NCBI GenBank assembly: GCA_000320545.1
Contig: ADNK01003537.1
Coordinates: 1-41,997, forward strand
Direction of reading: 5' to 3'
Length of the DNA stretch: 41,997 bases
Source of the DNA: Bigelowiella natans CCMP2755
Lineage: Eukaryota > Protista > Cercozoa
A program made the position numbers and the translations under genes. This document shows positions 14,260-24,008 of this stretch, in pieces (the first letter of the stretch is position 1; every line of letters starts with the position of its first letter). Below the pieces are notes generated by a model, which was given only the letters and a program-made list of their open reading frames with translations, was not told the origin of the DNA and did no database searches.

Positions 14260-15280
14260 CCTTGCGGGACTTTACGCAGCTGGCATAAGTTCTGACCAAA
14301 TCCGTGACGAGTTTGAAGTAGTACCAAAATCTAACCGTTCTACTTACTTCCTCCACCTTCAAACGCCGCACAAACTGCTAAGTCTTTTGCGATTATTCAT
14401 ATAACATGGCATTCATGAGAAAGCTGACGACATTAAGTAATTTATAAAGAATAACAATCATTACGATAGATAATAGGATATATATAACGTAGGCGGCAAG
14501 AGATTCGTTTGGAACATTCATTATCTTGTTGTTTCCTGGAATTTTCAATATGGTCAACTCTTTATACCTACGCACACCTGAAGAATATGCAGAAGAATTT
14601 AGGGTAAATCTACTCCAATAATTATATATTAAAGGCTGCACACTTAATGAAGTAGCTATTAGCATCATAAGGCCTGACGTGTGTTCCTGCTGTCATGGTT
14701 TGTGCGTGCGTGCGTGCGTGCGTGCGTGTGCGTGTGTGTTAGAAACTGGTTGCGGACAACAGCTTGTACGAGATTCCCATCCACATCCCTGATGACTTCA
14801 CTTACGTTGAGTGCACTCGTTTTCAAAGGATATGCTGCTGTGGAATAAAATGTGTACGTAAACGATGTGATGATTATCATCTGCTTATAATATATCATCT
14901 ACTTCTAATAATCGTTATGAAACACCATTGAAGACGATGATGTACTACAATGCAATGATACTATTTTTGCATGTCGTAGACATCACTCATGTTGGCTCGT
15001 CTTTAGTACAATCTCATTTCCATTTTTCTGTGCTCCCGTATTTACCTGAATAGTGTTGCTGTGAATAACACGATTGTTATGATGTGGTAACTTTAGTGTG
15101 AGGCATTGGGTGACAAAATTGCACTGCAAGTAATGAACTTGCTACAGATCCGAGGTGCATATGACATGCTCGTGTCAATTTTCAAACTCCAGAGAGTAAC
15201 AGGAGCATGGAGAAACGCTGTGGTACTATTTTAAATAACAAATAGTAGCAAAGTTGTTTTTGTGCGGGTAGTTTCTAGTG

Positions 15281-15316
<36 letters not shown>

Positions 15317-15550
15317 TAGTAGCAGCAGCAGCAGCAGTGGTGATAGTAGTAGAAAAAGAAGAACAAGTAGTGGTAACACTAATAAGGGTTCGTTTATGCT
15401 AAAGAGTGTTTGCTCAAGCACACCCATCACAATGATCAATAGCAAACAAAGCATACGTGCACTCATTGTTTTGAATAACTAGCTACCTCACCTTCGTTTG
15501 GAGCTTTCAATATATTTTTCCTCCTTTTCCGATTGTGATCTACATGCATG
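14260..15550 (-). CDS. Possible multi-exon host gene of unknown function
   Basis: Short coding-like segments (e.g. AAYPLKTSALNVSEVIRDVDGNLVQAVVRNQ) next to splice-like sites. No recognisable domain. Confidence 0.25.
15282..15336. repeat. (TAG)n/(CAG)n trinucleotide microsatellite
   Basis: Direct reading of the sequence. Confidence 0.9.
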
Positions 15551-17797
15551 TAACTATTTTCATAATTGAAATGTTGTAGTAATTGCCAACGAATTAGTTG
15601 TAAAGCAAATGTCACCTCATCCATCTTTCTTCCAAACCCCCCCCCTTCTCCTCCTCCTCGATTTTGCTCTTTATATTTGTACCATTAAGATGTTTTCGGT
15701 TGCTACTCACGCAGTCCCTCAAGTCTTCCTTCAGTGCTTTCTCTTCTACTTCAAGTTGTCATTTATTGAGACGCACTTTTCTCTGATGCAACATTATCGT
15801 ACATTTTGAATGAATGAAACCACAGAAAAACAAGCACCATAAATTGATATCAAAACAATGTACCATGAATTGTTGTTCATATTTTGATAACAATGACAAC
15901 CATGGCAGCACATCTACGGAAGAGGATGAGTTAATTGGCTATAGTTTGGCCCTGTGGTATGCTCAGTTAGGTATGTATTGCAACTGACTTGTTCTCAGCA
16001 GATGTCCTCCCAACGAAATGATGATGATGCAAGAATGAATGGATCCACACACAGGTTCGATAATCCTAAACGGCATCGGAATTGTCCTTGCTCCGAACCA
16101 TAGCCCTGCATTCGACTACGCATATGCAATACCGGTAGGAGTAGTAGATGAGGAAGGATAGATGTTACAACTTGTCGTTATTATTTGTGTGATACTGACA
16201 CAATGGTGATAGATTTGACCTGACGACGAGATGACACCTCTTTCGTTAAACAACTGTTGTCATAGGGGATGAACGTTCATGAAGGCGATATTTCAATCAG
16301 CGAGAAGTAAGTAATCACGCATTTGCCGATCATAAGCATGGGAGTGCTGATACTGATGGTGGTGGAAACATTTTTATTTTGTCATGCCCGTTTGTTAGGC
16401 CTGTACATGATGGCGACCAAAAGTCATCGATGTCAAAAGGAGACAGCTTGATGATGGATGACGTTGATGGGAAAGACACTAAGCACGATACTAAGCACAG
16501 TTTTCGCAAGAAGTCGTCAAAAGGAAAGGTGAAGAGATCTATCTGTTGATGATCATGGTGTGGACATGATTTGTGCTCTTTGTACATTTTGAGAGAATGC
16601 AATGTTGCCGATCCAAAATAGAGGCAGAAATCAATTTGGTAAATGATGGCACGTGTAGGTGGAATCCTCCTTGCCAGACATCAAAGAATGATACTCGCAG
16701 CACAAAGACGCAGTCATTTCAAAGCGGAACTGGAAGTTTGGCATAAGCGTAGGGAATGGCAATGTGGAATTGATGGTGCATCTTGCGGTGCGATCAGTGC
16801 GTACACGCAGCACGCAGCACGCACAGGGAACACTAGTCCCAAAATGCATTGTCATAGAGGCTTTTTTGGCATCAAGTCAATGCTCAATCATTTTGGAGTC
16901 ATCATGTGCATTTTTAGCATGACTAGCAGATGCCTGAAAAATGTTTTTTAGCTTTGGAAACCTGATCAAAACCATTTTCACCGTGATGCGAAGCTTCTAG
17001 GATGAGATTCAGAACGAAGCTTTCGGCTCAGAATGTTAGCATGAAAAAATTTAAAATTTCATTGTTCTGACATGGCAAGGTGACAAAGAGCGTTGCTGCG
17101 CGCGCGTGACGGCGTCCTGTACGTGATGGAGACTGTACAGACTGCACGCATTTATCTACTAGATCTAGCTGCACGGACACAAGTCGACTGAATCTACCGG
17201 TTGTTGTCATGTAGCATGCACACATCAAAACTGATAAGAGAAATAGCACTTTTTTATGCACCAACACGCTGCTGCAATAATGGCCGGTAGCCATACATGC
17301 CGACTGAACACAATGTTCAATGTGTGCATGGGGTGAGCTTCATCGAGGCACGCTCCGATGCATCATGCATCGAGCTAGCGAGGTGCATCGCAGCATCGTA
17401 GCAGTGTGGTCACCTTGTGGTGATATGACAACCCCGTTTAATGAAGTCAGCATGGTGTGTGATGTATAAGTAATAATAATAATAATTATTATAACCGCCA
17501 ATGGCGGTATCTGCGATGTGGGCAGAGCCCACCTGCTCGCAAAGCGATGCGACAGCATTATGCGACTGTATCATTATGCTGTATCATATTACCTTATTAT
17601 ACTTATGTTTCCCAGGGGGTGTTTTCCGGGGGCGGGGGTTATATATATAAAGTATGTAAGTATTTTAATATATATATATATATATATTAAAAAGTTTGGT
17701 TTTTAAAATGCCCCATAAGCCCTCATTAGTTATAAAATGAATGAGGTTAGAAAAAAACACTAATTAAAGTGGGGGTCTGAAAAAAAATGAAGAAGCA

Positions 17798-17960
17798 TAC
17801 GATGTCATTATATGCGATGTGCTATGCCGTGCGAAGCGATATGCCGTGCTATGTATGTATGTATGTTGCGAAGCGATATGCCGTGCTATGTGCCGTGCCG
17901 TGCGAAGCGATTTGCGGTGCTATGTGCCGTGCTATGCGACTGCTGACTAATATGCGACTG
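17798..17960 (+). repeat. Degenerate minisatellite (ATATGCCGTGCT / GCGAAGCG / GCGACTGCT units)
   Basis: Repeated tgccgtgcta and gcgaagcgat units; related tracts at 18661-18815 and 33066-33300. Confidence 0.8.
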
Positions 17961-18034
17961 GTTTGATAGCATTGTGTTGTGAGATGCTCATACGAAAAAC
18001 TTGTTTAAAGAAATGTGTTATATGTAAGTTAGTT

Positions 18035-18652
18035 ATGAACAAATCTAACGAATTGGTGAAAAAATTATTAATTCTTTCTAAATCTAATGACATTGAGAAT
18101 GCTATTGAAGAATGGAAATCTCTGAAAAGTTGTGCGATAGGTAAGCATAAAAAATGTATGATTTCTTGTCAACGATATTGTAGAAGTTTCATAAATTTAG
18201 AAACTTGTAATGTCATATATCTCAAAAACAAATATAGTGAATTAAGTGAATATAAAAATGTTGATGTGGAAGCATCTGCCAACTTTTCAACGAACGAAAA
18301 ACTCTTTTCATATGGTCTTTACAATTACCTAAATGAAAAAAAACGAGTTTTACAACAATTAAACAAAACAAAATATTCGCACAGTTTAAGTCTCAAATTA
18401 AGAGCTAAAAAATCAATCAGTTTCCACGATTTTTTTGAAATTTACAAAAATAAATTAGGCTTTGAAGGATTAATCAAGTTGTTTTTGAAAATTAAAAAAA
18501 TGAGAAAAGTCAAAAACATTTCTAAAAGACACAAAGAATTATTTGATTTCTGTTATGATTTGTTAAAAAGAAAATACAAAAACAAATATTCCATTTATCT
18601 ATCATACAATTATCCAGAAAAAATAACACAACTAAAAAAGAATGTCGTTTGA
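18035..18652 (+). CDS. Hypothetical protein, 205 aa, Cys-containing N-terminal domain
   Basis: Lys-rich ORF. ATG 18035 lies 23 nt after TGTTTAAAGA, so the start is corrected from the ORF track. Confidence 0.7.
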   Translation: MNKSNELVKKLLILSKSNDIENAIEEWKSLKSCAIGKHKKCMISCQRYCRSFINLETCNVIYLKNKYSELSEYKNVDVEASANFSTNEKLFSYGLYNYLNEKKRVLQQLNKTKYSHSLSLKLRAKKSISFHDFFEIYKNKLGFEGLIKLFLKIKKMRKVKNISKRHKELFDFCYDLLKRKYKNKYSIYLSYNYPEKITQLKKNVV

Positions 18653-18660
18653 AAAACAGT

Positions 18661-18815
18661 CACATATGCCGTGCCGAAGCAATATGCTGATAAATATGCG
18701 ACTGCTATTACGAAGCGATATGCGACTGCTATATGCGACTGCTATTACGAAGCGATATATCGTGCTAATACACTGCCATTACAAAGCAATATACTAATAG
18801 ATATGCGACTGCTAC
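18661..18815 (+). repeat. Degenerate minisatellite (ATATGCGACTGCT units)
   Basis: Four atatgcgactgcta copies plus attacgaagcgata x2. Confidence 0.8.
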
Positions 18816-18919
18816 AACATACATGCTTAACAATATAAGCTATTAGCAAAAGGATTCCAGTTTTACAAAACATCCAACTATGATTTCTATTTAAAGAATT
18901 GTCTCACTATAAGATTAAT

Positions 18920-19117
18920 ATGAGTAATATTAATCAAGTAAATAAAAGTAGCACAGCAGATAAAATCTATGATGTTGACTATAAACTTAGTGAAATCGTC
19001 CTCGTAATAGATGAACTAAAAGCCGAACTGAATCCTGAATTCTATCGCAAACTGAGAGATAAACTGATGGAAGTCCACATTTGTCTAATGAGCGAAGTTG
19101 TAGATGGCTATAAATAA
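18920..19117 (+). CDS. Small hypothetical protein, 65 aa
   Basis: ATG 22 nt after TATTTAAAGA (18888-18897). Confidence 0.65.
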   Translation: MSNINQVNKSSTADKIYDVDYKLSEIVLVIDELKAELNPEFYRKLRDKLMEVHICLMSEVVDGYK

Positions 19118-19161
19118 CCATATTTGCTCCAGACTGGACCCGATGTGTGTGCGGAAGCAGT

Positions 19162-20553
19162 CTACATAGCGATGCGAAGATACTCCCCAGATTTGAGACG
19201 ATTACTACCATCACTCCCACCAACAGCAAACAGTTTGCCATCCCCAACAGCCACACCCAACCCACTCCTCACAGTATCCATATCAGGCAGTTTCTTCCAC
19301 CCCGCACCCACATTCTTCAAATCCAGATACTCCCCAGATTTGAGACCCCACCCACCATCATACCCACCAACAGCAAACAGTTTGCCATCCCCAACGGCCA
19401 CACCCAAACCACTCCTCTTAGTATTCATCTCAGGGATTTTCGTCCACCCCTTCATCTCCAGTAATTTTCGTTGTCGCTCTGCTTTTTTCCTCCTTCTTTC
19501 TGCTTCTTCTTTCTTCCTTCTTTCCGCTTCTGCTTTCTTCCTATTTTCTGCCTCAATGTGCGGTCGAATATCCACCGATTTGTCCACTGTGAGGTCGTCC
19601 AGTCTCTCGACGATGTAGGCACTCACCAGCATCTCAGCTTTATGCTTTCCTTTTTTCATCCTGCCTAGCAATCGCTTCCTTTTGAGTTCCTCAGCGATTA
19701 GATTGTGCTTTCTTCCTTCGTCGTTGATGTCTGCCTCCTCATATTCATTTCTGAGTCGTGTGATTTCTTCAGTGGTCTTGTTATACAGAGTTTGAATAGA
19801 ATCCGACAACTGAATTTCCGCTTGGGCGACCGCAGTTATAGTTGCTTTGTCCCCACACTTTCGCAAGGAGGAAAGACTGTGCCCTGTGAAGGATACCCCT
19901 TCCACTATGACACTTTCATCGCTCAACTGAGACACAACTGATATTTTCCCATCGTTGAATTTGTATTTCAGCACAAATTTTGTGTCATTATGCTTGAAAA
20001 CATACTGCTCCGTCGTAAGTTTGTAATCGACTTTCAAACTCTTCTGACCATTCACAATTTCCCGAGCATCCCTTAATTTGCTACAAACTTTCCTTCCTTC
20101 CAACATGTCGGTAATTTCCTTGATTTTCTTGCGATGTTTTCCCAAAATGTCTCGCTGGGTCATAATTTCACGGATTGTGTCTCGCTCCTCGCACTCACCA
20201 TCCAACCCTTCGTCATCCTCTCCTTCATCGCTTTCTCCACCTTCAATTTCATTCTCCAGTTTCCTCAATTGAGTCTCACATTTGGACATATCTTCCTCTC
20301 GCTTCTTCAACTCGTGTTTCAAATTTTCTTTCCAACACTTCAGATGATTTTCTAGTTGCTTCACTTTCTCGCTCACAATCTTGTCTTTGTTGCTCGTTTG
20401 ATTCCCAGAAACAAAGAAAGTCGCAGTGGATCCACGGCTTGTCGAATTTTCGGGGCCACCAATGCCTGAAGCATTCGACACTTTCTTTCGCCTCTTGTTT
20501 TGTCTGTAGCTCACTTTCCAATCATCTTTTCCCAAGAATTGTGACACAGACAT
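19162..20553 (-). CDS. Coiled-coil protein with about two C-terminal Kelch repeats (truncated propeller)
   Basis: 463 aa. 49-aa repeats MxTxRSGLGVAVGDGKLFAVGGxDG..LKSGEYL; 147-bp DNA period. More GC-rich than its flanks. Confidence 0.8.
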   Translation of the reverse strand: MSVSQFLGKDDWKVSYRQNKRRKKVSNASGIGGPENSTSRGSTATFFVSGNQTSNKDKIVSEKVKQLENHLKCWKENLKHELKKREEDMSKCETQLRKLENEIEGGESDEGEDDEGLDGECEERDTIREIMTQRDILGKHRKKIKEITDMLEGRKVCSKLRDAREIVNGQKSLKVDYKLTTEQYVFKHNDTKFVLKYKFNDGKISVVSQLSDESVIVEGVSFTGHSLSSLRKCGDKATITAVAQAEIQLSDSIQTLYNKTTEEITRLRNEYEEADINDEGRKHNLIAEELKRKRLLGRMKKGKHKAEMLVSAYIVERLDDLTVDKSVDIRPHIEAENRKKAEAERRKKEEAERRRKKAERQRKLLEMKGWTKIPEMNTKRSGLGVAVGDGKLFAVGGYDGGWGLKSGEYLDLKNVGAGWKKLPDMDTVRSGLGVAVGDGKLFAVGGSDGSNRLKSGEYLRIAM

Positions 20554-20670
20554 TGTCCTTCCTGATGCTTGATGTCACCAGTCTACACACAGACACAACC
20601 TTCTCTGGTCCTGATTTAGTCACAGGTGTGGAGAGTCTCCAGAGTCTGTTTTCCAAAAAATACATCCAAC

Positions 20671-21753
20671 TTAATTCACGAAAAATCCCCTATCAACTTG
20701 CTTTCTTTTTCGCTTACTTGTCCGTATTTCAACAGGTTCATCGGTCCACCTCTCCCTTGGTTTCGGTGTTTTTTTCTCAATTGCTTTTTTCACTATTTCG
20801 TTTTCAGCAGGTTTCAGTTGATTCTTGCTGAAAGTTTTGTCTAAAACACCTTCCAAAATATATCTTACTGGTCGGTCAGGTAATAATAATATGTTTTCAA
20901 TTTTGTGCGGTTTCAACGAATATCTTATGTCGCCCTCCCTGAAATTGCCTATTTGTTTCTCTCCTTTGAAATTCACAGGATAATCCAATTTGTATCTCAC
21001 CTTCCTACCGACCTCGTATAAATCACAATCGCCTCCCTCCTTACAAGGAACTTCTCCTGTCTGCTTCAACTTCTTCACCTTAGCATTCTCGTTCAACTTC
21101 TTCAATATGTCAGGTAATAACTTTAACCACTGCTTACTTACTTTGTCGTTCTCTAATTCTTTCACCAACTGAGTTTTAATAATAATACTGCCGATACTCT
21201 TATTTCGTGCTTCAACATTTGCTTGTTGACTATGTCTCGCAATACCTGCTCTTCTTAAATATATACCTTTCTCTCTCAAATACCCATCTAATCCTTTTTT
21301 AAACTCACTACCAGCATCTACCTGAAGGATTTTCGGCGGTTTTAATACCTTGTTCTCGTAATATATCTTGTCTATCGCTTTTCTTACCGCTTCAGCAGTT
21401 CTGTATCGTAGAGGTATAGCATCAGTTTGTTTAGTATAATTATCTACTGCTACTAATAAATATCTAAACCCACTATCATTAGGTAGATACAACAAGTCCA
21501 TCTGTCCTCGTTTACCTGGATACCCATAGGCATCGTTGTGGGTTGCTTTTACTTCAGGGTCTTGCTTTTTCTCCCTGGTCAGTTCATCTACTAAATCCTT
21601 ACTCTTCTTGCCGATTAAACTTCCCAGTATGGTTGGTTTCTTCTTTCGTTTGACTATCTTTTTCACTATTTTCTTTTTAGGCATTTCAGTTTCAGTATCA
21701 GTGTCATCATCATCACTACTGCTTTCACTACTATAAGGTTCTTTCTCGTCCAT
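20671..21753 (-). CDS. Retroviral-type (rve) DDE integrase
   Basis: QMDLL (D), RYLLVAVDNYTK, LQVDAGSEF (D) and NVEARNKSI (E). Polinton/mavirus-type C-terminal YEVGRKVR segment; no chromodomain evident. Confidence 0.92.
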   Translation of the reverse strand: MDEKEPYSSESSSDDDDTDTETEMPKKKIVKKIVKRKKKPTILGSLIGKKSKDLVDELTREKKQDPEVKATHNDAYGYPGKRGQMDLLYLPNDSGFRYLLVAVDNYTKQTDAIPLRYRTAEAVRKAIDKIYYENKVLKPPKILQVDAGSEFKKGLDGYLREKGIYLRRAGIARHSQQANVEARNKSIGSIIIKTQLVKELENDKVSKQWLKLLPDILKKLNENAKVKKLKQTGEVPCKEGGDCDLYEVGRKVRYKLDYPVNFKGEKQIGNFREGDIRYSLKPHKIENILLLPDRPVRYILEGVLDKTFSKNQLKPAENEIVKKAIEKKTPKPRERWTDEPVEIRTSKRKRKQVDRGFFVN

Positions 21754-21795
21754 ATATACATAATGTGAGATATAAAATATATGTAGTTTATTTTA

Positions 21796-21990
21796 ATGGA
21801 TAAAGAAATAGAACGAATGCTCATACACAAGGGATTAACCAAAGGAATAATAAGTATGATAGATGAATACCTATATCAAAGTTATTTAGTGTGTTTAACT
21901 CACAATTTCCGCAGACTTAACAATAGTCCTAAACTTAAGTTCATCAACAAATTAAATTTTAAAAAAAAAATATGTAAATTAATAATATAG
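21796..21990 (+). CDS. Small hypothetical protein, 64 aa
   Basis: ATG in an AT-rich context, tightly packed within the element. Confidence 0.5.
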   Translation: MDKEIERMLIHKGLTKGIISMIDEYLYQSYLVCLTHNFRRLNNSPKLKFINKLNFKKKICKLII

Positions 21991-21994
21991 GAAT

Positions 21995-22171
21995 ATGATA
22001 AAGTTAATATATGAATTAATCGTAAATTTACTGCCTGACAATTTTACAACATACAGGAATGATGATGCTGTTGTGGTTTATGACAGGTCAGTGTGGAAGA
22101 TGGAAAGCAGGGACGATGCTATCTTATTGATTAAGAAGAATATATGTAATATGTCAATAATAAATTGTTAA
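21995..22171 (+). CDS. Small hypothetical protein, 58 aa (not in the ORF track)
   Basis: MIKLIYELIVNLLPDNFTTYRNDDAVVVYDRSVWKMESRDDAILLIKKNICNMSIINC*; fills the intergenic gap and is followed by a hairpin. Confidence 0.55.
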   Translation: MIKLIYELIVNLLPDNFTTYRNDDAVVVYDRSVWKMESRDDAILLIKKNICNMSIINC

Positions 22172-22271
22172 TATATATTTATTCCAGATTTCATTTTCAA
22201 CACATTCAACCCTCTTGAAGGTGTTGAAACACAATATTAAATTAAATATAAAAATATATAGTATAATATAT

Positions 22272-23231
22272 ATGAATAGTATACTCAAAGATGTTGACAG
22301 AACTTCTCTCTTTCCAATCAGGCACAAAGACATATGGAATGCCTACAAGATACAACAAGCAGGATACTGGACCGCTGAAGAAATAGATTTCAGTAATGAT
22401 GCCGATGACTTCTCCAAATTAAGTCAGGACGAACAAAAGTATTTAAAATATACCCTTATCTTCTTTGCGAATAGTGATATTGAAGTGAATGAAATGATAA
22501 ATAGGAATCTATACGAGGAGTTTAAGGCATTAGAAATTCGTATGTGCTACGACTTTCAAAGGCAAATGGAAAATATACACACAGAAACATACAATCTACA
22601 GATAGATACTTTGATAAAAGATAAAAAAGAGAAAGAGGATTTGATAAATGCTGTAAAGAATAATCCTATCATAGAACAAAAGATTAACTTCTGTAGGAAA
22701 CAGGTCTTGTTATACAACTCCATACAGCATAAATTGATATGTCAGGTCATCTTTGAAGGCATATTCTTCGCTTCTTCGTTTGCTTGTATTTACTACTTCA
22801 AGCAGAAGGGTATATTGAAAGGTCTAACTTTATCTAATGAGTTTATCAGCAGAGATGAGAACCTACATTATAGTTTCAGCATTATGCTATACAATAAGTT
22901 AGAGAAGAGACTATCACAAGCAGAAGTAGCGGTGTTGTTTGATAAGGCACTATGTATTGAGCGAGACTTCATCACACAAGCATTGCCTGTTAGATTGTTA
23001 GGAATGAATGCGGATATGATGTTAGACTATATCAAATTCACAATAGACAACATATTACTCAAATTAGGTTATGATACAATCCACAATGTGAGTAATCCTT
23101 TGACCTGGATGGAAAGACTGGATTTACAAGGCAAGACCAATTTCTTTGAGAGTAGAGAAAGCAACTACCAATCCGCTAATGTATTAAACGAGAACAAAGA
23201 AGACATCTTTGAAGTAGATTTAAATTTTTAA
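22272..23231 (+). CDS. Ribonucleotide reductase small (beta/R2) subunit, class Ia
   Basis: WTAEEIDFSND, FFANSD, MENIHTETY, EGIFFASSF, NEFISRDENLH and KTNFFE motifs. True ATG at 22272. Confidence 0.96.
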   Translation: MNSILKDVDRTSLFPIRHKDIWNAYKIQQAGYWTAEEIDFSNDADDFSKLSQDEQKYLKYTLIFFANSDIEVNEMINRNLYEEFKALEIRMCYDFQRQMENIHTETYNLQIDTLIKDKKEKEDLINAVKNNPIIEQKINFCRKQVLLYNSIQHKLICQVIFEGIFFASSFACIYYFKQKGILKGLTLSNEFISRDENLHYSFSIMLYNKLEKRLSQAEVAVLFDKALCIERDFITQALPVRLLGMNADMMLDYIKFTIDNILLKLGYDTIHNVSNPLTWMERLDLQGKTNFFESRESNYQSANVLNENKEDIFEVDLNF

Positions 23232-23248
23232 TATCTAAATTATTATAG

Positions 23249-23464
23249 ATGCTACTGGAAATAGTTAGACTATTACAATTACAACTACGATTAAAAAGAT
23301 TAAGAAAAGAGATAAACAAATTGATAAAGCAAAACAAGAAACTGATAAAAGAGAACAGCAAATTGTTGATACAATTAAATATTATGAAACAACCCTTTGA
23401 TGACACTGGTGATTTAACTGATAGTGCTTTTAGGATGTTGATGAACGAAGTAAATGAAAAATAA
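23249..23464 (+). CDS. Small coiled-coil protein, 71 aa
   Basis: TCTA motif 11 nt upstream; Leu heptads. Confidence 0.6.
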   Translation: MLLEIVRLLQLQLRLKRLRKEINKLIKQNKKLIKENSKLLIQLNIMKQPFDDTGDLTDSAFRMLMNEVNEK

Positions 23465-23479
23465 TCTAATCTTTATTAA

Positions 23480-23590
23480 ATGATTGTAGTGTTATTAATA
23501 TTAGGACTTATCTTTTCCATAGGTTATACGATAGGAAAGATAGTAGCAAGGAACACGGATTTAGACCCCACCAACGATATTAGAGTATGA
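23480..23590 (+). CDS. Small single-pass membrane peptide, 36 aa (not in the ORF track)
   Basis: MIVVLLILGLIFSIGYTIGKIVARNTDLDPTNDIRV*; TCTA 11 nt upstream. Confidence 0.55.
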   Translation: MIVVLLILGLIFSIGYTIGKIVARNTDLDPTNDIRV

Positions 23591-23891
23591 TAAGATTAAA
23601 TCTATCAGCATAGTCCTCTAAACTATCCTTCAAATCAGGTTTATTCCACAAGACCCAACGAGATAATGAACCAGCAGTCAGGAATTTGCTCCAATCTTCA
23701 TTCTTCATATGCCTTGTCAGGTATCTATCTTTTCTGTTTATATCTTTATGTATCGTAAAGTCGCTATACCGACTATCTCCAAAGTCGGTGTGTTTTACTT
23801 TTATTATCCTTCCACCCTTATCAACATAAAAGAGCATCCTATGCTTCTTATTTTTAAGAGGTGATTTCATTAGTTTAATATATATTTTCAT
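23580..23891 (-). CDS. Conserved giant-virus/virophage small protein (DUF5754-like)
   Basis: FGDSRYSDFTIHKDINRKDRYLTRH..EDW..AGSLSRWVLW pattern, recognised from memory. Confidence 0.7.
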   Translation of the reverse strand: MKIYIKLMKSPLKNKKHRMLFYVDKGGRIIKVKHTDFGDSRYSDFTIHKDINRKDRYLTRHMKNEDWSKFLTAGSLSRWVLWNKPDLKDSLEDYADRFNLIIL

Positions 23892-23906
23892 ATTATAATG
23901 ATTAAC

Positions 23907-23941
23907 ATAAAATAAATTGTTAAAAAAACAATTTATTTTAT
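23907..23941. terminator. Perfect AT-rich hairpin downstream of the MCP gene (15-bp stem, 5-nt loop)
   Basis: ATAAAATAAATTGTT-aaaaa-AACAATTTATTTTAT; a second 10-bp stem at 23951-23974. Confidence 0.6.
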
Positions 23942-24008
23942 ATTAAGAGGAAAAATAAATTTCTATTTATTTTTTCTTGTTCTTAACAAAAATATTATAA
24001 TATAAAAT

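Noticed and set aside
1-17500. Naming the host species (e.g. Bigelowiella natans)
   Set aside because: The architecture is compatible, but nothing in the sequence alone identifies the species.
17611-17640. G-rich tract as a defined terminal inverted repeat with TSD
   Set aside because: No matching inverted copy was found in the window and the right end is missing, so TIR/TSD cannot be established.
19124-20831. Plus-strand ORFs over the Kelch and integrase genes, and other antisense ORFs in the element
   Set aside because: Shadow ORFs opposite well-supported genes.
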